Positions 24,775 through 34,849 of a stretch of 36,990 bases of DNA are shown here, one piece after another. The notes under the pieces were generated by a model. The model did no database searches. It was not told the origin of the DNA and saw nothing but the letters and a program-made list of their open reading frames with translations. The position numbers and the translations under genes are program-made. Source of the stretch: Chiloscyllium plagiosum (taxonomy: Eukaryota); assembly GCF_004010195.1 (NCBI RefSeq), contig NC_057750.1:3468761-3505750 (forward strand), given 5' to 3'. Within the stretch, counting starts at the first letter, position 1; each line of letters begins with the position of its first letter.

Positions 24775-25179
24775 GCGAGCTCGAGCATTCAAACTGCAAC
24801 GGTAGCGCCGCGAGCGGCTCCAAACAAAAACGCGGCAAATACATTCGGGGGCAGTCTGTGGGCCCGCACGTGCTAGGTGGGCGGGGTAAACTGGGCGGAC
24901 CCCAACGGTGAGATGGGGGAGGGGAGGAGAAGCTGCGATTGGAGGAGCCGCGAGCGACGGTGGTTCAAAATACAACGGCGGGTACACGAGCGGGAACAGA
25001 GCAAAGCATCGACTGGAGGAGTCGGAAAGCACCTTAGAGCCTTTTTTTTTAAACCCCCCGTCTGTTCACAAAATTCAGCTGTGAAGGTGGTGAAAAAAAT
25101 AAATCCAGATTGCTAAAGCCCTCCCCGCACATCTTGTATAGCAATTTTTTTGAAGGGTCCCTGGACTCGGCATTTACAG
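24775..25179. promoter_or_regulatory. CpG-rich TATA-less promoter, probably bidirectional
   Basis: Local CpG enrichment; E-box CACGTG 24867-24872; GC boxes 24879-24884 and 24893-24898; reverse CCAAT 24938-24942; TTCAAA-N3-CAACGG at 24788 and 24964. Confidence 0.75.
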
Positions 25180-25267
25180 ATGTTGCCGCGTTTCTCCAAC
25201 GATTTCTGTTTATTTTTGATCTTTCAAATCTGCATTTCTCTTTTATATTCAATATCATCGTGCGTTG
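25180..25267 (+). CDS. Probable first coding exon (signal peptide) of an unidentified secreted or membrane protein gene
   Basis: First ATG downstream of the CCAAT box, with an in-frame TAA upstream; MLPRFSNDFCLFLIFQICISLLYSISSCV then G|GTAACT (88 nt, phase 1); Kozak context is weak. Confidence 0.55.
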
Positions 25268-25751
25268 GTAACTTAAGTTTCAAATAGCAAGAAATTCGAG
25301 GGAGGTTCATTCTGACGAGCCTCCTCTCTGCAGGGGAATCGGAGACTTAAAGGATGGAAATCAGAGATACCTGTTTTTGATATTTTAGACGTGAATTCGC
25401 CAGTTTACCGCATTGATGCTGTGACTAGTGTCGTAGGCCGGTGTCAATCTTATTAATTGACAAAAGATTGGTCGAATCAACTGGAGGACAGTTTCTCCTT
25501 AACGCCGTAAATATAAACATTAGGTGGTCCAAGTGTCGCCGAGGATTAGATATACCAAGAGCAGACCTAGTAGGCGCTTCAGTATCGCTGCTGCCCCCTA
25601 ACCTGGATGAGCACTATGCTATAATTACACGTGAAGTCAAGAGTGATGGATTTGTAAGTTAATTTTTTCATGTGAGTTTGACGCCTTTTGCTTTCTATTA
25701 TTGAGAAAAGAGGAATTGGGTAAAATGCAAAAAAAACACATTCATGTTAAT

Positions 25752-26056
25752 CGGTGGCACAGTGGTTAGCACTGCTGCCTCACAGCGCCAGAGACCCGGG
25801 TTCAATTCCTGCCTCAGGTGACTGTCTGTGTGGAGTTTCCACATTCTCTCCGTGTCTGCGTGGGTTTCCTCCGGGTGCTCCGGTTTCCTCCTACAGTCCA
25901 AAGATGTGCAGGTCAGGTGAATTGGCCATGTTAAATTGCCCGTAGAGTTAGGTAAGGGGTAAATGTAAGGGTGAGTTGCGCTTCGGCGGGGCGGTGTGGA
26001 CTTGTTGGGCCGAAGGGCCTGTTACCACGCTGTAAGTAATCTAATCTAATCTAATC
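25752..26056 (+). mobile_element. HE1-type SINE
   Basis: A box TGGCACAGTGG, B box GGTTCAATTCC, (AATCT)4 tail, possible TTAAT TSD; many CpGs retained, suggesting a young copy. Confidence 0.9.
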
Positions 26057-26299
26057 TTAATTGTAACGGTTCAGGAAAATTGGACAAAGCATGAATTATT
26101 TTATTTTCCTCTGTGGAAAAGAGAAGGCTGGAAGGTAGCCTAATCGAGATTTGGAGAAAAACAACAAGAATGTTTCCACTTTAGAAGCAGAACAAACTGG
26201 TGATTTTAAATATAAGATGATTCGCTAATCAATCCATTGAAGTTTCTCACGTCGAGAGTGGTGAGAATGTGGAACTTCTAACCAAGTTATGGATCATCT

Positions 26300-26575
26300 T
26301 TTTTTTAAAGAAGGTAACTAGGCGAACATGCAGTGGTGCAAGTTCCCCAAACAGTCACTCTCCATCCTGACTAGGAATTACATTTTTGTTCCTTTAGTCT
26401 TGCTGAAACAACATCCTGCAACTGTCTCTTTCTCTCAGGTATTGTGGATTTACGTACACAGATTGCTGCAGTTGAAGAAAGCAGCTCACCACCACCTTCT
26501 CAAGGCTAACTAGGGATGAGCAGTTAATGTTGGCCTGGACTGTGGTGGTTACATCCTGTGATTGAATTTTTAAAA
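26300..26575 (+). mobile_element. 3' end of an L2-like LINE
   Basis: gcagctcaccaccaccttctcaagg...agggatg...ttggcc...acatcctgtgattgaat; tail resembles 27180-27243. Confidence 0.5.
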
Positions 26576-26589
26576 AGAAGTTTGCGTCT

Positions 26590-27245
26590 TGGTCTGGATT
26601 ACTACTCTAGTGACACAATGTTCTGAGCAATGTTCTGGGTTGAAATCTTACGTCTGAAAATTGCAATCTTGCATTCAATAAAAATTTCATTAAAAGCTAG
26701 CATAATACAATTTCGATTTTATTATTGTCACGTGCTGAGATACGGTGAAAAGTATTGTACTGTGTGCTCACCAGACAAATCATACGTAAGTATGTCAGGG
26801 AAGTAGAACAGAATGCAGAATATAGTGTTACAGCTACAGAGAAGATGCAGAAAAAGCACAACTCTAATATCAGCTCATGAGTCTAATAACAATTGGGAAG
26901 TAACTTCTTAAAACTATTTATTCATGTTTCAAACTTTTGTATCTTCTGCCCAATAGAAGAATATATAGTTGGGGTGGGAAGGATATTTGATTATGCTGGC
27001 TGCTTTCCTGAGGCAGTGGGAAATATACACTGAGTCAATCTAACCACTGTCAAAAGTCATAAAAATATCTGGTTCAATAATGTTTCTAAAGGAAGAAAAT
27101 CTGCCATCCTTACCTAGTCTGGCCTACATGTAACTCCAGACACAGTAATGTGGTTGACACTTAACTGCCCTCTGGTAAATTAGGGCTGTTCCATAAATGC
27201 TGGCCGACCAATAAATGTCCACATCATGTGATTGAATAAAAAGAA
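26590..27245 (+). mobile_element. Old SINE with conserved core and L2-like tail, interrupted by a reverse-oriented Rex1-like 3' fragment (about 26712-27035)
   Basis: Core tctggttca.taatg...ggaagaaaatctgccatccttacctagtctggcctacatgtaactccag; the insert begins gattttattattgtcacgtg, like 10735. Confidence 0.55.
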
Positions 27246-27829
27246 ATATTGACAGGAATATTCTGAAAGGGTGAGATAGAAAGGGGTGGTATGAGGTTCT
27301 TGGGATCTTACACATTGGCATCGACCAGTTGTTTTAATTCTTCATCCGATTTCTGATTTTATTTTTGCTGTGGTTGACTTATGAAATTTTTCCAGTGAAG
27401 CTCAATGTACATCTATCTTTCAACTGCCACTTTGTAGGTTTAACATTAAATTCAAAAATTTGAGTGTAGTGATGCCGCCCCCTCCCAGTTTTCTGTTTAA
27501 TTTTGTTTTAGATGGTGAGGTTTAACAGTGATCTTGTATTCCCCATTTTCACCTCTTCTGGCTCCATTTCTTTACTTGAACAATTACTGTCTTGTGGGTT
27601 GTATCAACTTTTCTTTTGTCATTCAATCTCTCCTTACTGTCACAGGCTCCTATCGAATTCTTGTATTCTTTACCCTTTCCTAACCCCTCTATCAGGCAAG
27701 TGAAGAGGGATGATGAGAAAAGACTGATGGACAACATAAGAAACCCAGGGTCTGCCAGAGGCATATAGATAATAAAAAGTTTGGTAGATAGAGGTGTAGG
27801 GCTGATTAGGAAACACAATGGGAAGCATA

Positions 27830-28590
27830 GGGAATGACTGAGATATTAAATTAATATTTTATATCTCTCCTTACCACAGGCCATGGTGACAAAGGAGGTA
27901 AATCTTACACTAGAAATGTTTAAAATTGATAGGGAAATAGTGTTGGATATACACATGGAAGTTGATAAAGCAAGTTGAATGAAATGCACAAAGGAAGTGA
28001 GAGTGGAAATTGCAGGGGCACAGGCTTTCAGGTTCTAAACTCCAGAGTACTGGAGAATTTCAAATATTATGCCCTTATTTAAAATAGCCCTAAGCCTAGC
28101 AATAATAGACAAAACAGTTTAAATTCAGTGGTGAATAAGGTTCTAGAAACTAGAATTTAAGATTGAATTAGTAATCACATGAAAAATATTTTGATTTCTA
28201 AAGAGAAAATCAAGTTTAACTAATATGGAGTTTGTTTTTGAAGTTGGAACAGAAAAGGTCACTGAGAATAATGCTGTGGATGTGGTGTGCCACACAACAA
28301 ATCTGTGAGAAAAGTTACAAATAATGGAATAAAAAGGACAATAGCATAATGAATACAAAATTGGCTGAGTAATAGGAAACAGAATAATGGATTTTTTCAA
28401 GTTGGAGGAAGGTTCGTCAGAGGTTAGTGTTGGTACCTGTGCTTTTCCAGATATGTATAAATGATTTAGATCTTTGTATGCAGGGAACGTTTTCAAATAT
28501 TGCAGATTATATGAAACTTGCAAGCATTGAAATTTGAGGAAGATATTGAAGGACTAGGTAGGACATATAGAAATTGTTGGAATGAGAAAA
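27830..28590 (+). mobile_element. Highly degraded CR1-like remnant
   Basis: Residual motifs ccagagtactggagaatttcaaatattatgcccttattt and tttcaaatattgcagattatatgaaact align with the other CR1 copies. Confidence 0.5.
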
Positions 28591-28724
28591 TAACTATTAT
28601 TAAACAATGGGCTACCTTTCAACAAGAAATGGTACATGTACAATCAAAGTTTATTCCCTCAAAAAGAAAAAGGTAGTACAAATGACTCTAGAGCTCCTGG
28701 ATCAAAAAGGGGATTACAGACAGT

Positions 28725-29125
28725 ACAGAATTATAGAGGTTTACAGCACGGAAACAGGCCCTTTGACCCAATTTGTCCATGTGGCCCAGTTTTCACACAG
28801 TTTATCTAGTCCCATTTGCCTGTGTTTGGTACACATTCCTCCATACCTATCCCATCCATGTATCTGTCCAAATGTTTCTTAAATGATAACATTGTACTCA
28901 TATCCACTACTACCCTAGCAGCCCGTTCCAGACGCTCACCACCTTCTGTGTAAAACAGTTTTCCCTCTGAACTTTTTTTTATCTCTCCCCTTCACCTTAA
29001 ACCTATGCCCTCAAGTTTTAGACTCACCTACCATGAGGAAAAGCTGTGGGCTATCTACCCTATCTATGTCTCTCATGATTTTATAGACCTCTATACGATC
29101 ACCTTTCAGTCACCCAAGCTCAATG
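28725..29125 (-). mobile_element. CR1-type LINE 3' end
   Basis: ctagtcccatttgcctg...taaacctatgccctcaagttttagactc is reverse-complement-similar to about 24380-24765. Confidence 0.8.
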
Positions 29126-29139
29126 ATAAATGATAAACC

Positions 29140-29648
29140 TCTAGGAAGAAAGATGCACTAACACCAATGTCATTGGTCAGGCCAACATCCCTAGGATCAA
29201 GGCACTGACCATCCTTGATCTGCTACGATGGGCTGGGCATGTCTACCACATGACCAACATGAGATCCCACAAGCAGGCTCTCTGCTCCCAGCTTTGAAAT
29301 GGCAGGTGAACCCCAAGTCCACAGAGGAAGTGCTTCAGTTATACCCTCAAGGCCTCACTGACGAAGTGCGGCATTCCCTCAGGCACCTGGGAATCCGTGG
29401 TCCAAGACTATCCAAAGTGGAGGAGGAGCATATGGGAAGCACCTCCAGACTTGCCTTCAGGAAAAATGGAAGCTAGGCGAAAGCAGTGAAAGGAGTGTGC
29501 TACCACACCAATGTCCCATCCAGCCCTTCCCATGACCACCAAGTGTAACTGAATCTGTGGTAGCTGCATTGGTCTGTACAGCCACTTATGGACTCGCCCT
29601 GAGAGTGGAAGAGAGTCATCCTTATCTGTGAGAAACTGCTGATGATGA
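29140..29648 (+). mobile_element. RTE-type LINE 3' fragment
   Basis: LLRWAGHV...KQALCSQL*NGR...RKCFSYTLKASLTKCGI...WESVVQDYPKWRRSI; (GAT)n tail. Confidence 0.75.
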
Positions 29649-30872
29649 CAAATAAATTGAAACAGTCTCGTTATGACAAATGTCAGAAAGAAAATACAAC
29701 TGAGAGCCAAGAGGAATGCAGAAGTGGGGTGGGGGATAGTGAGAAAATAGAAGATAAAGTTCAACAACATGCAGGGTATAGGGAAAAGGTAGAAGAAAGG
29801 CACTATGTCCATTTATTTAATGATTATATAGAGAACCAGAGCAGAAATAATAGACTGACCTCCACCTGTGCTGTAATACTTCAGTCATTCTATACTACAA
29901 AGCCAAGCATTGCAGATATACTGTGAAGCATTTCAAGACATTTATTTAATTCTGAGGAGTTCCACAATTACAACTGACGGTTGAAATAAATCCTTGGAAT
30001 TCATAGTAAGATTGGTTTTGCATTCTTCATTTGTGAACAATGGACCTCCGGGGGGAAGATGAAATGAATTGAGGACCAAGACAAAATGTAGCTCAAATTT
30101 ACAAGCAAGTTTTGATTACCAGCAAAATAATAAACGCTCTTGATGGGATCACCAATTGAATGGATAAGTAGTTTAGAAGAAATTTTATCCTTGCGTCTAT
30201 TCTGAACCAGAGATTGTGAGTATAGTAAGAAATGCTTGGATATTGACTTGGAAAGTTTCACTTCTGAAACACCTAAGATACAAAGCCAAATTTTTAAAAT
30301 AAAGTTATTCTCCAATACTTCATATAGATAATAGTGCTTCAGATGCTTGTTTTCTGTTAATTGGTCCTTATACTATTAACATTATTATTTACATTGCAGA
30401 ATCAATCAGATAGATGGATGACTGTCAGGAAAGCTAAGAAGGTAGTTCAGAAGCCTCCAGTGGCTTTTCCTCTCAAACAGATACTTATTTTTGAGTACTG
30501 TTGAATGGGATAGTCATTCGGAGGAAAATAGAAAAGACAGTCAGATCTTGGGCACTAAGAATGAATCTTATGTTAGGTGGGATTTGACACAATTTAAAAG
30601 AATAACTGTTATAGGGGACTCACCTGTCAATGGCAGGAGATTCTGTGGCAGTGAACATGAATCTAGGATATTGTGTTGCTTTCTTGGCACCAGGAAATGT
30701 TTAAAGCATGTTGTTTAAGGGGAGAGTGAGAAACTGGAACTTATTGTACACATTGGTAGGAATGACATTGTCAGGGAAAAGATTAAGGCTTTATAAATGA
30801 ATATGAGATTAGGTAGAAGATTAAAAGCAGAACCTCAAAAGTAGTAATCTGGTTAATTCTTGGTGCCAAGCT

Positions 30873-31530
30873 GATTTTGATTTTATTGTCACGTGTACTC
30901 AAGTATAAACGTACAGGAGTATAGTGAAAAGTGTATAATATCGTCACACAAGGTGCCATCTGATGTACAAGTAGCTAGGTACACAATCTTAAGTACAAGT
31001 TAGAATGAAAGAACTAAGTAAAAAGTTAAGCATTACAGTAATTATTGAACAGTGACACCTTTTTAGTTTTAAGTAGGAAATAAAGGAATAAAGCTGAAAG
31101 TTCAAACATTACACTCTTTCTTATGGGCTTAACCACGGTGGCACTACACTTCCAAGAGTCACTTTGAGACTGGAAATCCATGTTGAGCTGAGAGACCGCT
31201 ATGTACCACTGAAAGTCCTCCATGCCAGGCCAGGAGACTGCCATGCTTGGTCACAGAGATCGCCATGTTAAGCTGAGAGATCATCTCACCAGGCCGAAAG
31301 ACCACCATGCTAGGCCAAGAATGTGCCACGACAGGCCAGGAGATCACCCCACCAGGTTGGGAGACTTCCTCGCCCGGCCTGTACTGACCTTGAGGTCAGG
31401 AGTCCGTAGCAGGGAGAAGAAAGAAGAGACTTGAAGGGAAGAAAATACACAAGAGAAAATATAAGAGAAAGAAATGGACGGAGCAGACGGGTTCCATCTG
31501 AAATGTCCTACTCTGCTGCCATTTTGAATC
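30873..31530 (-). mobile_element. Non-autonomous element with Rex1-like tail and internal GC-rich minisatellite, inserted in CR1 ORF1
   Basis: gattttgattttattgtcacgtgtac...agtgaaaag tail as at 10735; degenerate gagaccgccatgc(t/c)aggcc units at 31165-31380. Confidence 0.55.
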
Positions 31531-31602
31531 TGAATTTAAGTTCAAATATGGGAAAGAATAAAAGGATGAAGGAGATAAATCAATGGCTGAAAAAATGGTC
31601 AT

Positions 31603-31697
31603 GATTTGGAGATGCCGGTGTTGGACTGGCTCTCCGAAAGCTAGTGTGCTTCCGCTTAAACCTATTGGACTATAACCTGTTGTGTGATTTTTAACTT
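31603..31697. mobile_element. About 95-bp internally deleted copy of the 21519-22161 family
   Basis: Same 5' end ggagatgccggtgttggactgg and 3' end ggactataacc...tgtgtgatttttaactt; TSD-like tgaaaaaatggt (31588) / tgaagaaatggt (31698). Confidence 0.75.
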
Positions 31698-34600
31698 TGA
31701 AGAAATGGTGTAATGTTCAGGAATTCAGGTTCTTGGTTCATTGGGATCTCTTCTAGGGCAGGAAAGACCTATTCAAAAAGAATGGATTTCACCTGTACTT
31801 GAAAGGAACCAATATCCTAGTGGGAAGATTTGCTAATTCTATTAAGGGAGACTGTAAACTGTTAGAGAGAGGGTTGGAGGGATCTTAAGTAGTGCAGTAA
31901 ATAGAAAGGTAGGTAAGAATGGTTTGGAATCCAAAAAGTTAATTAGAAAAGATAGCTATGAGCAAGTCGGAAAGCAAAGTAACACTGAAGAATTAAACTG
32001 CATTTATTTCAATGCAAGGGGTCTTACAGGTAAGGCTGGTGAACCCAGGGCATGTTTGGGAACATTGGATTGGGACATCACAGCTATTGCAGAAACTTGG
32101 CTGAGGGATGGACAGGATTGGCAGTTCAGTGTTGCAGGTTTCAGCTGCTGTAGGAAGAATAGAAAAAGACGCAAAAGAGTAAGGGGAGTGGCGTTTTTGG
32201 CTGAGGAAAACATTATTGCTGTAACTAGAGAAGATATTTCTATTCTATTCTATCTCTGAAAAATCGTCCAGTGAAAATATATGGGTTGAAATTAGAAATA
32301 AAAAGGGAATGATCATCTTGAAGGGATTGTACTACAGACCTCCCAATAGTCAGAGGGAAATCAAGGAACACATATGTAGAGAGATCTTATATATTTAAGA
32401 GTAATAAGGTTATAATGGTAGGTGATTTTAATTTTCCAAACATTGCCCGTGACTACCATAGTGCTAAATGTTTAGATGGTGAAGAATTTGTTCAACATGT
32501 TCAAGAAAAATTTATTTATCATTTTGTGAATTCGATTAGATTTGGTATTGGCTAATGAACCTGGCCAGGTTTTAGATTTGGAGGTAGGTGAGCTATTTGG
32601 TGATAGTGACCACAATTCGGTTATGTTTACTTTAGTGATGGAAAGGGATAGGTATATACCGCAGGGCAAGAGTTGGGAGAAAGGTAATTACGATGTGTTT
32701 AGGCAAGATTTAGGATGCATAAGATGGGGAAGGAAACTGCAGGGGATGAGCACAATTGAAATGCGGAATTTATTCAAGGAACAGCTACCGCAGGTCCTTG
32801 ATAAGCGTGTACCAGTCAAGCAGGGAGAAGCTGTCGAGCATGGGAGCCGTGGTTGACTAAGGAAGTTGAATCTCTTGCCAAGAGGAAGAAGGCGGCTTAT
32901 ATTAGGATGAGATGCAATGGCTCAGTTAGGGTGCTTGCTTGAAAGTTACAAGTTAGCCAGGAGAGACCAAAAGAGAGAGCAAAAAGCCAGGAGGGGACAT
33001 GAGAAGTCGGCGGCAGATTGGATCAAGGAAATCCCTCAGCCTTTCTATAGGTAGATCAGGAATAAAAAACTGACTAAAGTAAGATTAGGACCAATCAAGC
33101 ATAGGAGTGAGAAGTTGTGCGTGTTTTCACAGGAGATAGGGGAAGTGCTAAATACATACTTTTCATCAGTATTCACACTGGAAAAAGAGAACGTGGTCGA
33201 GGCGAATTCTGAGATACAGGCGACTAGACTAGCTATGATTGAGTGCTTAAGGAAGAGGTGTTAGCAATTCTGGAAAGTGTAAAAATAGAGAAGTCCTGTG
33301 TGCCAGATGAGATTTATCCTAGGATTCTCTGAGAAGCCAGGGAGGAGATTGCTGAGGCTTTGGCTTTGATCTTTATGTTGTCATTGTCTACAGGACTAGT
33401 GCCAGAAAACTGGAGGATGGCAAATGTTAGACCTTTGTTCAAGAAGGGTAATAGAGACAACCCTGGAAATTATAGACCTGTGAACCTTATTTCAGTTGTG
33501 GGTAAAGTGTTGGAAAGGGTTATAAGAAATAGGATTTATAATCATCTAGAACAGAATAAGTTGATTAGGGATAGTCGACACAGTTTTGTCCCTCACAAAC
33601 CTTATTGAGTTCTTTGAGAAGGTGACCAAAGAAGTGGATGATGGCAAAGCGGTTGATGTCTATATGGATTTCAGTAAGGTGTTTGGTAAGGTTTCCCACG
33701 GTAGGCTATTGCACAAAATATGAAGGCATGGAATTGAGGGTGATTTAGCAGTTTGGGTTAGAAATTGGCGAGCTGAAAGAAGACAGAGGGTGGTGATCGA
33801 TGGGAAGTATTCATCCTGGCATTCAGTTATTAGTGGGGTACCGCAAAGATCTGTTTTGGGTCCACAGTTGTTTGTCATATAAATGACCTGATGAGGGCAT
33901 AGAAGGATGGGTTAGTAAATTTGCAGATGATACTAAGGTCGATGGAATTGTGGATAGTGATGAAGGATGTTACAGGTTACAGAGAGACATAGATAAGCTG
34001 CAGAGCTGGGCTAGGAGGTGACAAATTGAATTTAGTGCAGTAAAGTGTGAGTTGATTCACGTTGGAAGGAGTAACAGGAATGCAGAGTACTGGGCAAATG
34101 ATAAGAATCTTGGTAGTATAGATGAGCAGAGAGATCTCGGTGTCCAGGTACATAGATCCTTGGAAGTTGCCCCCCAGATTGATAGGGTTGTTAAGAATGC
34201 ATATGGTGTGTTAGCTTTTATTGGTAGAGGGATCGAGTTTAGGAACCATGAAATCATGCTGCAGCAGTACAAAACTCTGGTGTGGCCATTTTTGGAGTAT
34301 TGCATTAAGTTCTGGTCACAGCATTATAGGAAGGATGTGGAAGCTTTGGAAAGTGTTCAGAGGAGATTTATCAGGATGATGTCTGGTATGGAGGGAAAAT
34401 CTTATGAGGAAAGGTTGAGGGAATTGAGGCTGTTTTCGTTAGAGAGAAGAAGGTTGAGAGGTGACTTAATTTAGACGTATAAGATAATCAGAGGGTTAGA
34501 TAGATTGGACAGTGGGAGCCTTTTTCCTCCGATGGCAATGGCTAGCATGAGGGAACATAGTTTCAAATTGAGAGCTGATCCATTTAGGACAGATGTTAGA

Positions 34601-34849
34601 TGTAATGTCTTTACTCAGAGAGTAGTCGGGGTGTGGAACGCACTACCTGCAACAGTAGTACACTTGCCAACTTTAAGGGCATTTAAATAGTCATTGGATA
34701 GGTATATGGATGTGAATGGAATAGTGTAGGTTAGATGGGCTTCAGATTGGTTCCACAGGTTGGGACAACATAAGGGCCAAAGGGCCTTAACTGCACTGTA
34801 ATGTTCTATTCTTGAAATATTCCTACTAGAGAAGGAGCAAAATTTGAAA

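Larger units (their letters stand above)
30415..34810 (+). mobile_element. Near full-length but degraded or composite CR1-type LINE (esterase-like ORF1, APE-RT ORF2)
   Basis: ORF1 VIGDS...RRFCG...SRILCCF; APE LNCIYFNARGL...IAETWL and GDSDHN; RT NPGNYRPV and FADDTK; 3' end; two nested insertions. Confidence 0.88.

Noticed and set aside
24526..25032. 168-aa minus-strand ORF across the CpG island
   Set aside because: Chimera of GC-rich promoter and antisense CR1 3' end; no recognisable domain, and the length is explained by GC content
25299..25340. CTGACGA inside the hairpin gagggagg…cctcctctc as a hammerhead
   Set aside because: No correctly placed GAAA and NUH after a stem II
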